NCBI GenBank assembly: GCA_963708025.1
Contig: CAVPSB010000012.1
Span: 1 to 64,000 of the forward strand
Length of the DNA stretch: 64,000 nt
Origin: an uncultured Candidatus Rokubacteria bacterium
GTDB lineage: Bacteria > Methylomirabilota > Methylomirabilia > Rokubacteriales > DASRDR01
Reading direction: 5' to 3'
The notes beneath the pieces were generated by a model. The model worked only from the letters and a program-made list of their open reading frames with translations, was not told the DNA's origin and ran no database searches. Both the position numbers and the translations under genes were made by a program. Shown here piece after piece: positions 37,868 to 49,866 of the stretch (positions are counted from its first letter, which is position 1; each line of letters begins with the position of its first letter).

Positions 37868-39424
37868 TCACCCGAAGGGATCCCAGGTGCTGACGCGCCT
37901 CGGCGCGATCTTGTAGATCCGCCGCACCTCGCCCGGGAAGCGCCAGCTCGCCGGGTAGGTGTCCAGGCCGAGGTACCGCCGGGCCAGCCGGTCGAGGTGG
38001 GCGTCGGCCCCGGTCTCGGTGATCTCCGCCACCGGCCCCCGGACGTGGAGGTAGCGGTTCGGATTGTCGGGGTCCGGGATCTCGATGGCGACGTGTCGCC
38101 GCCCGGCCATGTTGAGATCCTTCTGCCGCCCGGCCGCGGAGTTCACCAGGACGTACTGGCCGTCGTAGTCGACCCAGACCGGCGTCACGTGCGGCGTGCC
38201 GTCGGGCATCAAGGTGGCCAGGTGGGCGAACGTCCGCTTCTGGAAGAGGTCGAGGAACTCCCAGGGGATCGGCCCGGTGCTGGGCTGCTGTGCACGCCAG
38301 GCGTCGTAGGCCGCGATGAAGGCCGGGTCCCGGCGCTTGAGCCGCTCGTAGCCGACCCGGCGGCTCCGCGTCATCAGGCGATAGGTGAACGGCACCGGCT
38401 CCAGGTGGAGGTTGTCCTCGACGTGCTCGAGCCAGATCAGGCTCGCGTAGGCGGCGTCCTGGAACTCGTCCACGGTGGGCTTGCGCACCCGCTGGAAGGC
38501 GGCCAGGGCGTCCGGCACCGCCTGGTGCTCGGCGAAGCAGCCGGCCAGCGCGATCGAGTCCTCCAGGGCCAGCTTGGTCCCGGAGCCGATGGAGAAGTGG
38601 GCGGTGTGGAGGGCATCGCCCAGCAGGACCAGGTGGCGGTGGTGCCAGTGCCTGTTCTTGATCAGCGGGAAGTTGAGCCACTTGACGAAGTTGTTCGAGA
38701 GCAGCGGCTGGCCCTCCAGGTCGTCCTTGAAGACCTCGGCCAGGTACGCGCAGGTCTCGGGGTCGGACATCCGGGCGAACCCGGCCCGGGTCCACGTCTC
38801 GGGCGGGCACTCGACGATGAACGTGCTGGTCTCGGGGCTGAACTTGTAGGCGTGGTAGATGAACAGCCCGGCGTCGGTCTCCCGGAAGCCGAGGGTCAGG
38901 CCGCGGAAGAGCTGGGGGGTGCCCAGCCAGATGTAGCGGTTCTGGCGCACGTCGATGGAGGGCTGGAAGAAGTCGGTGTACGTCCGCCGGACCAGGCTGT
39001 TGGCGCCGTCGGCGCCGACCAGGAGATCGCAGGCCTCGACAGGGTCGCCGGGGGCGACACCGCCGACGCCGGCGTGGAAGCGGAGATCGACGCCCAGGTC
39101 GAGGCACCGCTGCTGAAGGATGTTGAGGAACGCCAGGCGGGCGATCCCCGAGAACCGGTTCCCGTGGACCGAGATCCGCGTGCCCTTGTGGACGACGTCC
39201 ACCGGGTCCCAGGTCTGGGAGGCCCGGGTGATGGCGGTGTAGGTGGGCTCGTCGTGGTCGCGCAGGAAGCCGTAGGTCCGGTCGGAGAAGACGATGCCCC
39301 AGCCGAAGGTGTCGTTCGGGCCGTCGCGCTCGAAGATCGTGACGGCGTGAGCCGGGTCGAGCTTCTTCAGCAGGATCGCGAAGTAGAGCCCGGCCGGCCC
39401 GCCGCCGACGACGTGGACCTTCAT
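37868..39424 (-). CDS. FAD-dependent monooxygenase (2-aminobenzoyl-CoA/salicylyl-CoA hydroxylase N-domain-like) fused to a PPOX-class F420-dependent domain
   Basis: GGGPAGLY, DTFGWGIVFS, DG and GDALHTAHFSIGSGTKLA; C-terminal AHLATLMPDGTPHVTPVW...RQKDLN. Confidence 0.88.
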   Translation of the reverse strand: MKVHVVGGGPAGLYFAILLKKLDPAHAVTIFERDGPNDTFGWGIVFSDRTYGFLRDHDEPTYTAITRASQTWDPVDVVHKGTRISVHGNRFSGIARLAFLNILQQRCLDLGVDLRFHAGVGGVAPGDPVEACDLLVGADGANSLVRRTYTDFFQPSIDVRQNRYIWLGTPQLFRGLTLGFRETDAGLFIYHAYKFSPETSTFIVECPPETWTRAGFARMSDPETCAYLAEVFKDDLEGQPLLSNNFVKWLNFPLIKNRHWHHRHLVLLGDALHTAHFSIGSGTKLALEDSIALAGCFAEHQAVPDALAAFQRVRKPTVDEFQDAAYASLIWLEHVEDNLHLEPVPFTYRLMTRSRRVGYERLKRRDPAFIAAYDAWRAQQPSTGPIPWEFLDLFQKRTFAHLATLMPDGTPHVTPVWVDYDGQYVLVNSAAGRQKDLNMAGRRHVAIEIPDPDNPNRYLHVRGPVAEITETGADAHLDRLARRYLGLDTYPASWRFPGEVRRIYKIAPRRVSTWDPFG

Positions 39425-39438
39425 GCCGGTAGTCTACC

Positions 39439-40215
39439 CTACGACTGAACGGCGCCGCCGTCCACGTTCCAGGCCTGGGCCGTCACCCCGCGCGCCTCGT
39501 CCGAGGCCAGCACCACGGCCAGGGCCGCCACCTCCTCCGGCTCGATCAGCCGCCGCTGTGGCGAGAAGGCCGCCAGCGACTCGATCGCCTGCTCGTACGA
39601 GCGCCCCGTCTTCTCCTGAATCCGCCGGGCGCTCTCCCGGGTCAGGTCGGTCGCCACGTAGCCCGGGCAGATCGCGTTGACGGTGACGCCGGCCGTCACC
39701 ACCTCCATGGCCAGCGCCCGTGTCAGCCCCAGCAGGCCGTGCTTGGAGGCGACGTACGCCGCCACGTACGGGAAGCCCTCGCGGGCCGCGGTCGAGGCGA
39801 TGTTGACGATGCGTCCCCACCGGGCGGCCAGCATGCCGGGGAGGACGGCCCGGCTCATGTAGAAGGCGCCGGTGAGGTTGACGCGGAGGTGCCGCTCCCA
39901 GAGCGCGTCGTCGGTGTCGAGCACCTTCGCCGAGACCGCGAGGCCGGCGTTGTTGACGAGGATCTGGATCGGCCCCAGGACCTCGGCGGCCGCCCGCGCC
40001 ACCGACTCGACCCGGGCCGAGTCGGTCACGTCACCCGGCAGCGCGATGGCCTTCCGACCCTGGGCCCGCACCTCGGCGGCGACCGCCTCGACCTCGGCCG
40101 CGGTGCGCGCGACGACGGCGACGCTCGCGCCCTCCCGGGCGAACGCCAGGGCGATGGCGCGACCGATGCCGCGCCCCCCGCCGGTGATCAGAGCGACGCG
40201 ATCGACGAGCCGCAC
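39439..40215 (-). CDS. SDR family oxidoreductase
   Basis: TGGGRGIG, NNAG, YVASKHG and CPGYV. Confidence 0.93.
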   Translation of the reverse strand: MRLVDRVALITGGGRGIGRAIALAFAREGASVAVVARTAAEVEAVAAEVRAQGRKAIALPGDVTDSARVESVARAAAEVLGPIQILVNNAGLAVSAKVLDTDDALWERHLRVNLTGAFYMSRAVLPGMLAARWGRIVNIASTAAREGFPYVAAYVASKHGLLGLTRALAMEVVTAGVTVNAICPGYVATDLTRESARRIQEKTGRSYEQAIESLAAFSPQRRLIEPEEVAALAVVLASDEARGVTAQAWNVDGGAVQS

Positions 40216-40415
40216 GGCCGCCTCAGCGGCCCCCGCCCGCCACCGGAGCGAGGCCGCGGACGAGGATTCGAGCCATCGCGCGCCTCCTTTCGAGGTGCAC
40301 GGCTATGCTATCACCCCGGTCACCCCTCACCGGACCTGGGCCACCACCGAGGACGACGTCGAGAAGAGCCTCGCCGCGATGCTTCGCGTGGCCCGGCGGG
40401 CCACGGCGCCGGAGG

Positions 40416-41920
<1,505 letters not shown>

Positions 41921-41924
<4 letters not shown>

Positions 41925-42928
41925 GGCGCCCGCCCCCCGAAGTGAGGGATCACGCGCTCGCCCAGCAGCCGGACCGCCTCGGCGTGGTCCGGACCGAGCG
42001 GGGGTTTGAAGATGACGTGACGAACGCCGGCCGCGGCCAGCGTCTCGACGCCCCGGACAACGTCGGCCGCCGTGCCGCAGAAGCCGAAGGCGCGGGCGGT
42101 ATCGTCGCCGACGTGACGGACGGCGGCGTCGACGTCGCGGCGCCCGACGTCGGCGGCGATGGCGTCCAGGTCCCGCCGGTCCACGCCGGCGGCCTCCGCC
42201 AGCGCCGGGATCAGGGGAAGCCGGTGCACGAGCAGGCGCTTGACCAGGGCGACGGCGGCGGCCGCGTCGGGGCCGATCGATGTCCAGCAGCTCGACGCCA
42301 GCTCCACGCGCTCCGGCGAGCGGCCGGCGGCCGCCGCGCCGGCGGCGATTTCCCGGCGCGCCATCGCGATCGCTGCCGCGTTCAGGAGCCCAGCGGCGTG
42401 GACCCCGTCGGCCACCTCCCCGGCCAGCCGGAAGCCGCGGGGCCCGGTCGTGCCCAGGTAGACGGGCACGTCGGGCCGGAGCGGGCGGAAGCCGAGGCCG
42501 AAGTTCGCCGCGACGGGGAAGAGCTCCCCCGCGAAGGCGTCCTGGCTCCCGGCCAGCGCGTGGCGGGTGAGGGCCACCGCTTCCCGCAGTGCCCGGAGGG
42601 GGCGGGGCATCGCCAGGTGCAGGGCCCGGTGGTCGCTCGCGTCGCCGCGGCCCCAGCCCAGAAACGCGCGGCCGCCGCTCAGCTCGTCGAGGGTGGCGGC
42701 GTTCGCCACCGTGACCAGCGGATGGCGCTGGTAGGGATGCGTGACCGAGGGGCCGAGGTGGACGCGTCGCGTGTGGCGCGCCAGGTCGAAGAGGATGCCC
42801 CAGCAGGACTTGAAGTTGGGGATGTCGTCGATCACCAGGAGCGAGAAGTCGTGGCGCTCGACGAGCCCGGCCAGCCGGGCGTAGGCCGCGAAGGGCAGGT
42901 TGGGGGGGAGGCCGATGCTGAAGCGCAT
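41921..42928 (-). CDS. LLM-class flavin/F420-dependent oxidoreductase (Mer-like)
   Basis: GPSVTHPYQRHP, ATLDELSGGRAFLGWGRG and GPRGFRLAGEVADG. Confidence 0.88.
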
Positions 42929-42996
42929 GTCTCCCCGATGATACTCCGCCGGCCCGCCGCCGATGGCGGCCCGGACCCCGTGTTAGAGTACCGGCC

Positions 42997-43932
42997 GTGC
43001 GCATCGCGGTCATGGGGGCCGGCGGCATCGGCGGCTTCTTCGGAGCCCGGCTCGCGCGCTCCGGCGAGGCCGTGGCCTTCGTCGCGCGCGGCGAGCATCT
43101 GCGCGCGATCCAGGCCGGCGGCCTCCGCATCCGGAGCGTCGAGGGCGACTTCACGATCGACGCCCCGGCCACGGATCGACCGCCGCAGGTGCCGGCGCTC
43201 ATCGGGCCCGTGGATCTCGTCCTCTTCTGCGTGAAGCTCTACGACACCGAGGCCGCCGCCGAGGCGCTCCGCCCGCTCATGGGTCCGGGCACGGCCGTGC
43301 TCTCCCTCCAGAACGGCGTGGCCAAGGAGGACGTGCTGGCCCGCGTGCTCGGCCCGGAGCCCGTCATGGGCGGGCTCTCCTCCGCGTTCGTCGCCATCGA
43401 GGCCCCGGGCGTGATCCGACACTCGCACGGCGGCAGCATCGTCTTCGGCGAGCGGGACGGCCGGGCCAGCGAGCGGGCCGCGCGCTTCCTGGAGGCGGGA
43501 CGCAAGGCCGGGATCCGGATGGAGCTGACGGCCGACATCCGGCGCGCCCAGTGGGAGAAGTACCTGATGATCCTCGGCCTGTCCGGCCTGTCGGCCCTGA
43601 CGCGGCGGCCGATGGGCGAGATCCGAGCGTGCCCGGAATCGCGGCAACTCTACCGGACGGTCTTCGAGGAAGTGGCGGCCGTCGCGCAGGCCGAGGGCGT
43701 GGACCTCGGCGACGACGTGGTCGCCCGGACCATGGCGACCGGGGACGCCCTCCGGCCCGACTCCTACTCGTCCATGTACCACGATGTCACGCACGGGCGC
43801 CGGCTCGAGCTGGACTGGCTCCACGGCCACGTGATCCGGCTGGCCGCCGGGCACGGGATCCCGACGCCCGCGCTCTTCGCCCTCTACGCCGGCCTGCGCC
43901 CGGCGGCGCTCGCCGCCGAGCGGACCGGCTGA
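42997..43932 (+). CDS. panE: 2-dehydropantoate 2-reductase family protein
   Basis: GAGGIG, CVKLYD, LQNG, WEK and SSMYHD...E. Confidence 0.88.
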   Translation: MRIAVMGAGGIGGFFGARLARSGEAVAFVARGEHLRAIQAGGLRIRSVEGDFTIDAPATDRPPQVPALIGPVDLVLFCVKLYDTEAAAEALRPLMGPGTAVLSLQNGVAKEDVLARVLGPEPVMGGLSSAFVAIEAPGVIRHSHGGSIVFGERDGRASERAARFLEAGRKAGIRMELTADIRRAQWEKYLMILGLSGLSALTRRPMGEIRACPESRQLYRTVFEEVAAVAQAEGVDLGDDVVARTMATGDALRPDSYSSMYHDVTHGRRLELDWLHGHVIRLAAGHGIPTPALFALYAGLRPAALAAERTG

Positions 43933-43960
43933 TCGGCTCGCAGCCCAAAGGAGGTCCAGC

Positions 43961-44947
43961 ATGGTCCGGGTGCGGTGGTCTCTCGCGTGCGTCCTGATGG
44001 CCGTTGTGCTGGCCGGCGCCGTGACCGTGGCGGTCGCGCAGCCGAAGCCGCTCGGCAAGGTCACGGTCGGGCTCGGCGTCGCCAAGACCTTCACGTTCCT
44101 GCCGGCCTACGTCGCCGAGGACCTCGGCGCCTGGAAGAAGCGGGGGCTGGAGGTGGAGATCGTCCCCTTCGCGGGGGACGCCAAGCTCCAGCAGGGGTTC
44201 GCCGCCGGCAGCGTGGACTTCGCCCTGGGCGGCGTGGCCGGCTCCCTGGTGGCGATCACCAAGGGCCAGGAGACGCGGCTCGTCGGCGGCCTCGCGAACT
44301 CCGTCACCCTGATGGGACTGGTGGCCGCCCCCGACGTCCGCTCCAAGGAGGACCTCAAGGGCAAGGTCGTCGGGGTGACGAGCCCCAACAGCGTCACCGA
44401 CATCCTGGTCCGCTACCTCTCCAAGAAGCTGACCGGGGACGCCGAGCACGGGATCCGGCGGGCCTTCCTGGGCGGCTTCCAGAGCCAGGTGGCGGCGCTG
44501 AAGACCGGGCAGATCCAGGCCTTCACCTGGACACTGGACGGGATCTTCGACGTCGAGAAGCAGGGGATCGGGAAGTTCCTGCTGAGCTTCGGCGACGAGG
44601 TCCCGGACTTCGCCTTCGAGTCGGTCGTCGCGACCCGCAAGATGATCGAGGAGCGGCCCGAGGTCGTGCGCGCCTTCCTGGAAGGGGTGTACGAGGCGGT
44701 CGGGCACATGAAGGCCAACAAGGAGTACACGCTCGACATCTTCCAGCGGAAGATGGACGTGTCCCGGGACATCGGCGCCCGCGTCTTCGACCTCGACGCC
44801 CACGCGCTCGTGGACGACGGGGCGTTCAGCGACAAGGCGCTCGTCACGGCGGCGCAGGCGATCGTCGAGACCGGCGCCATCAAGGAGGTGCCGCCGCTCC
44901 CGGCCTGGGTGGACAAGCGGTTCCTCCCGGTCCGCTGGCGGCGCTGA
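43961..44947 (+). CDS. ABC substrate-binding protein (SsuA/NMT1-like)
   Basis: Signal peptide, GLEVEIV, DLKGKVVGVT and ALKTGQIQA. Confidence 0.88.
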   Translation: MVRVRWSLACVLMAVVLAGAVTVAVAQPKPLGKVTVGLGVAKTFTFLPAYVAEDLGAWKKRGLEVEIVPFAGDAKLQQGFAAGSVDFALGGVAGSLVAITKGQETRLVGGLANSVTLMGLVAAPDVRSKEDLKGKVVGVTSPNSVTDILVRYLSKKLTGDAEHGIRRAFLGGFQSQVAALKTGQIQAFTWTLDGIFDVEKQGIGKFLLSFGDEVPDFAFESVVATRKMIEERPEVVRAFLEGVYEAVGHMKANKEYTLDIFQRKMDVSRDIGARVFDLDAHALVDDGAFSDKALVTAAQAIVETGAIKEVPPLPAWVDKRFLPVRWRR

Positions 44948-44950
44948 GCC

Positions 44951-46346
44951 GTGACCACCGCGCCAGCCCCGATCGACCTCCTGGTCGCCGACGGGCTCGT
45001 TGCGACCCTCGACCTGGCCCGGCGCGTGCTGAGCGACGGGGCGGTGGCCGTGAAGGATGGGCGGATCGTCGAGGTCGGGAAGACGGCGGACCTCCGGGCC
45101 CGCTACCGCCCGGCCCGGGTGATCGACGCGACGGACTTCGTGGTGATGCCGGGCCTCGTGGACGGCCACGTCCACGTCTCCGCCGAGCACCTGGCCCGTG
45201 GCCTCGCGCCCGACGACGCCGGCCACCGGTGGACCATGGACTGGGCGGTGCCGCTCTACGCCGCCGTCACCCCCGAGGAGGAGCACGCCTCGGCCCTGCT
45301 CTCGTGCCTGGAGATGATCAAGAACGGGACGACGGCGTTCGGCGAGGGCGGCACGGTCCGGGACATGGGCGTGGTGGCGGCGGCGGTCGAGCAGGCGGGG
45401 ATCCGGGGGACCCTCGGGCTCTGGACGTGGGACCGCGTGCCCGAGCCGGCCGCGCTCCGCCGCTCGGCCGACGAGGCGCTGAGCCGGACGGAGGCGGCGA
45501 TCGATCGGTTCCACGAGACGGCCGGCGGGCGGGTCCGCGTCGCGGCCGCCTGCATCCACCTGATGTCGTGCTCGCGCGAGCTGCTGCTCGGGCTCCGAGA
45601 CCTGGCCCGGGCCCGCGGCGTCACCTTCGCCTTCCACCACGCCAGCTCGCGCCAGCCGGTCGAGCAGTACGTGGCCACCCACGGCCGCCGCCCGCTCCTC
45701 GACGGGGCCGACCTCGGCCTGCTCACCCGGAACGCCCGCGCGACCCACATGGTCCACCTGGACGACGACGAGCTGAAGGTCGCTGGCGGCGTCCGGGGCC
45801 ACGGTCATCCACTGCCCGCAGACGGCGCTCCGCCTGGCCTACGGGGCGACCGCGGTCGGGCGGTTCCCCGAGATGCTGGCGGCGGGGGTGACGGTCGCGC
45901 TGGGCACCGACGGGGTGATGAGCTCCGACAACCAGGATCTCTTCAAGGCGATGCAGCTCGCCGCCGGGCTCTTCAAGGACGCCCGCCAGGACGCCACGCT
46001 GGTCCCGGCCGAGCGGGCGGTGGAGATGGCCACGCTCGACGGCGCCCGGACGCTCGGCCTCGAGGCCGAGGTCGGCTCGCTCGAGGCCGGCAAGCGGGCC
46101 GACCTCGTCCTGCTCACCCGGCGCGCCCCCGAGCTGACGCCGCTCTGGGACGTGGCGAACGCGCTGGTCTACGCCACCGACGGGCGGAACGTGGACACGG
46201 TCATCGTGGACGGCCGGGTCGTCATGGAGGGCCGCCGCGTCCTCACGATCGACGAGGCGGCGCTCTACGCCCGCGTCCGCGAGCTGGCGCCGGGGCTGGT
46301 CGCCCGGGCCGGACTCAGGCCGCGCCCCCGCTGGCCGGTCGTCTAG
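44951..46346 (+). CDS. Amidohydrolase (MtaD/SsnA-like), frameshift near 45785
   Basis: MPGLVDGHVH, HMVH, LGTDG and GSLEAGKRADL. Confidence 0.88.
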
Positions 46347-46504
46347 CCTCAATCCGAAGGAATCGAGTCGGCCGTGGACGACCGCACCCATTCCGCAATC
46401 CGGCTCGGTCTGGCTTCTCGCAACCCATCGAATTTTGGCCTCGCGGCCACGGCGTTCCACTTCGAGCGGCGGCTTTGCCGCCGCCCTCCCTCCTGGGGGA
46501 GGTT

Positions 46505-46533
46505 CCGGAGGGGGCCGTCGAGGCCCCCTCCGG
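46505..46533. terminator. 12-bp GC hairpin between convergent genes (terminator or REP-like)
   Basis: CCGGAGGGGGCC-GTCGA-GGCCCCCTCCGG. Confidence 0.5.
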
Positions 46534-46534
46534 C

Positions 46535-46963
46535 TTAGAGCGTCGGGTGGACGCGCTTGTAGAAGAGCAGCTCGCGGTAGCCCTGGGGCAGGTTGTCGAT
46601 GTACCCGGTCTGGACGAAGCCGAGCGCCCGGTGCATCTGGATCGCCGCCGCGTTGACCTCCTCGGTGGAGGAGAAGAGCCGCGGTCCCGGGCTCCGCTCC
46701 TCGGCGGCCTCGAAGAGGGCGCGGGCCACGCCGCGGCGGCGCCGGTCCGGCTTGACGCTGACCAGCGTCACGAAGGTGCAGGCGAACCAGTCGGTGCGGT
46801 AGGCGAGGGTGCCGACGACCTCGCCGTCGTCGAGGGCGACCAGGAGCTGCTGGCGGTCGAGCGCCGCCTGGACGAGGCCGCCGCTCCGCCGGCCGCCGAC
46901 CACTGCCTCGGCCAGGTCGATGCACCGCGGGGCTTCCTCGGGGCGCGCGGCCCGAATCTCCAT
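46535..46963 (-). CDS. GNAT N-acetyltransferase
   Basis: VKPDRRRRGVARAL and N..A..MHRALGF. Confidence 0.9.
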   Translation of the reverse strand: MEIRAARPEEAPRCIDLAEAVVGGRRSGGLVQAALDRQQLLVALDDGEVVGTLAYRTDWFACTFVTLVSVKPDRRRRGVARALFEAAEERSPGPRLFSSTEEVNAAAIQMHRALGFVQTGYIDNLPQGYRELLFYKRVHPTL

Positions 46964-46986
46964 CCTGCCCAGGATAACGCATCGCG

Positions 46987-47505
46987 ATGGGACGGGCCTG
47001 GCTCCTGACCGGCCGACCGGGCGCGGGCAAGACGACGTGCCTGCGCCGCACGCTCGAGCTCGTCGGGCGGCCGGCCGGCGGCTTCCTCACCGAGGAGGTG
47101 CGCGAGGGCGGGGCGCGGGTGGGCTTCGCCCTGGTGACGCTGGCCGGCGAGCGGGGGATGCTCGCCGACGCGCGCCGGCCCGGCGAGCCGCGGGTCGGCA
47201 AGTACGGCGTGGACCTCGAGACGCTCGAGCGGATCGGCGTGCCGGCCATCCGGGAGGCAGTCCGCGCTCGCCGGCTGGTGGTCATCGACGAGATCGGGAA
47301 GATGGAGATGGCCTCGGCGGCGTTCCGGCAGGCGGTGGAGGAGGCGCTGGCCAGCCCGGCGCCGGTGCTCGGCACGATCCTCGCCGCGCCCCACCCGTGG
47401 GCTGACCGGGTCAAGGCCATGCCCTCGGTCACGCTGGTCACCGTCACGCCCGCGAACCGCGACACGCTGCCCGGCGAGCTCGCCCGACGGCTCGGCGTCC
47501 CGTGA
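46987..47505 (+). CDS. NTPase_1 / THEP1-type nucleoside triphosphatase
   Basis: TGRPGAGKTT, GGFLTEE, RVGKYGV and VIDEIGKME. Confidence 0.92.
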   Translation: MGRAWLLTGRPGAGKTTCLRRTLELVGRPAGGFLTEEVREGGARVGFALVTLAGERGMLADARRPGEPRVGKYGVDLETLERIGVPAIREAVRARRLVVIDEIGKMEMASAAFRQAVEEALASPAPVLGTILAAPHPWADRVKAMPSVTLVTVTPANRDTLPGELARRLGVP

Positions 47506-47683
47506 CACGCCTACGAGCGCCGAGCGCAGGACGGGCGACGGGCCCGAGCCCTCGTGAGCCAGCTGCCTGCCAGACGCGGTGACACGACGAGTGAGGTGCC
47601 ACGACCGAAGGACGAAGTGAGCCGACAGGGCGCATTCGGCGCCCGCGCGCACACCAGGCGACTCGGACCGGCATAGTGACACC

Positions 47684-48110
47684 TCATCGGGGCTCGAGTG
47701 GGAGCCCCTCGCGAACCCACTGCCCTAAGCCGCCGGCCAGAACCCGGACGTTCCGGAAGCCCGCCTCCTGCAACCGACGGTAAGCACCAATGGCGTCTAG
47801 GGTGGTCTCGCCGTAGATCACGAGGATTCCCGTGCGAGGTAGCCGGGTCAGCTCCTGGGGCAGGGTAGCAGCCGGCACTGACCGAGCCCCTGGAACATGG
47901 GCGTGCCGGTGAGCCGCTTGGTCCCGCAGATCGACGATGGTGACAGGCTCCGACCGCGGGGGGTCAAGGAGTTGGTGGAGCTGTCGCGGCTGGATGGTCA
48001 GGGCGACAGAGCCCGCCTCGTGCCACGCGTGTCCGGGACCCGCCAGGATCACGCTCGACACCAGGAACCACGCGCTCACGGCGAACCACACGAACCTCAT
48101 CCGGCGACAT
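47684..48110 (-). CDS. Exported rhodanese-like domain protein lacking the catalytic Cys
   Basis: N-terminal hydrophobic segment, IVDLR...HVPGA, VIYGE and GFRNVRVLAGGLGQW. Confidence 0.75.
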
Positions 48111-48383
48111 GCCAGGGCACGAACGCGAAACCGTAGGGCGACCGGCGGGCCAACGGCTAGCATCGACACACACGGTGCCCGATGAACTCGATGCGCAGCC
48201 CAATCGCCTCCTCGTCCTTGATCTTCAGCATCAGGCGGCCCCTGTGGATCTCGAACACGGTCACGTCAGAGGTCGCCGGGTGCAGCACACGCGTTGGCCG
48301 CGGCGCCCCAGCCGGGGGCGATGAGGGGGCGAAGTTTTTGAGCGGCGAATCTCGTGGACCAACGGCCCAACCCCGCGGCGCGG

Positions 48384-48413
48384 TTGACACTCCCGGGCGA
48401 CGGGGGCTACAGT
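48384..48413 (+). promoter_or_regulatory. Sigma70-type promoter for the trpB2 operon
   Basis: TTGACA-N18-TACAGT. Confidence 0.6.
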
Positions 48414-48495
48414 CGAGCACGCCGAGTCGCATCGTCACGGGCCCGAGTTCCGGCGTCCCGCCGACCCGCCCGCATCGCCCCGAAGGGAGGCTGAC

Positions 48496-49860
48496 GTGCC
48501 GCAGACCAAGTTTCTCCTCGACGAGAAGGACATGCCGAGCCGCTGGTACAACATCCAGGCCGACCTGCGCGAGCCGCTCCCGCCGGTCATCCATCCCGGG
48601 ACGCTGCAGCCGATCGGGCCCCAGGACCTGGCCCCGCTCTTCCCGATGGAGATCATCAAGCAGGAGGTGAGCCAGGAGCGCTGGATCGAGATCCCGGAGC
48701 CGGTCCGGGACGTCTACCGCCAGTGGCGGCCGACGCCGCTCTACCGCGCGCACCGCCTGGAGAAGGCGCTCGATACGCCGGCCCGCATCTACTACAAGTG
48801 GGAGGGCGTCTCGCCGGCCGGGAGCCACAAGCCCAACACGGCCGTGGCCCAGGCGTACTACAACAAGCAGGAGGGCGTCCGGCGACTCTCCACCGAGACC
48901 GGCGCGGGCCAGTGGGGCTCGGCGCTGGCGTTCGCCTGCCAGGCGTTCGACCTCGAGTGCAAGGTCTACATGGTGCGGGTCTCCTACGACCAGAAGCCGT
49001 ACCGCCGGATCATGATGGAGTGCTGGGGCGCGAAGGTCCTGCCGAGCCCCTCCATGGACACCCAGGCCGGCCGCGCCATCCTCGCCAAGGACCCCCAGTC
49101 GCCCGGGAGCCTCGGGATCGCGATCTCGGAGGCGGTGGAGGAGGCGGCCCAGCGCGAGGACACGAAGTACTCGCTGGGGTCGGTCCTGAACCACGTCCTG
49201 ATGCACCAGACGGTCATCGGCCTCGAGGCCCAGAAGCAGCTCGAGCTGGCCGGCGACCGGCCGGACATCCTGATCGGCTGCATCGGCGGCGGCTCGAACT
49301 TCGGGGGCTTCGCCTTCCCGTTCCTGGCCGACAAGCTCACCGGCAAGCGGAAGGACCTCCGCGTGATCGCCGTCGAGCCCCAGGCCTGCCCGAGCCTCAC
49401 CAAGGGCGAGTACGTCTACGACTTCGGCGACACCGGCCAGATGACCCCGCTGGTCAAGATGTACACGCTCGGCCACTCGTTCATCCCGGCGCCGATCCAC
49501 GCCGGCGGGCTCCGCTACCACGGCATGGCGCCGCTGGTCTGCGCGCTCTACGACCAGAAGGTCATCGAGGCGACCGCCGTCCACCAGAACCCGACCTTCG
49601 AGGCGGCGCTGACGTTCGCCAAGGCCGAGGGCTTCCTGCCGGCACCGGAGGCCGCCCACGCGATCCGGGCCGTGATCGACGAGGCGGTGAAGTGCAAGCG
49701 CTCCGGCGAGCGGAAGGTGATCGCCTTCAACTTCTGCGGCCACGGGCACTTCGACCTGTCGGCCTACGAGCGCTACCTCAGCGGGAAGCTCGAGGACTTC
49801 GAGTACCCGACGGACAAGGTGAGGGAGGCGCTCGCCGGGCTGCCGAAGGTCGAGGTGTAG
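48496..49860 (+). CDS. trpB2: TrpB-like PLP enzyme (tryptophan synthase beta, TrpB2)
   Basis: [23 protein letters not shown] and HAGGLRYHG. Confidence 0.95.
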   Translation: MPQTKFLLDEKDMPSRWYNIQADLREPLPPVIHPGTLQPIGPQDLAPLFPMEIIKQEVSQERWIEIPEPVRDVYRQWRPTPLYRAHRLEKALDTPARIYYKWEGVSPAGSHKPNTAVAQAYYNKQEGVRRLSTETGAGQWGSALAFACQAFDLECKVYMVRVSYDQKPYRRIMMECWGAKVLPSPSMDTQAGRAILAKDPQSPGSLGIAISEAVEEAAQREDTKYSLGSVLNHVLMHQTVIGLEAQKQLELAGDRPDILIGCIGGGSNFGGFAFPFLADKLTGKRKDLRVIAVEPQACPSLTKGEYVYDFGDTGQMTPLVKMYTLGHSFIPAPIHAGGLRYHGMAPLVCALYDQKVIEATAVHQNPTFEAALTFAKAEGFLPAPEAAHAIRAVIDEAVKCKRSGERKVIAFNFCGHGHFDLSAYERYLSGKLEDFEYPTDKVREALAGLPKVEV

Positions 49861-49866
49861 CCCCGG

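Noticed and set aside
47506-47683. Intergenic region with GGACGAAG suggesting a hammerhead ribozyme
   Set aside because: No CTGATGA core or GAAA junction was found
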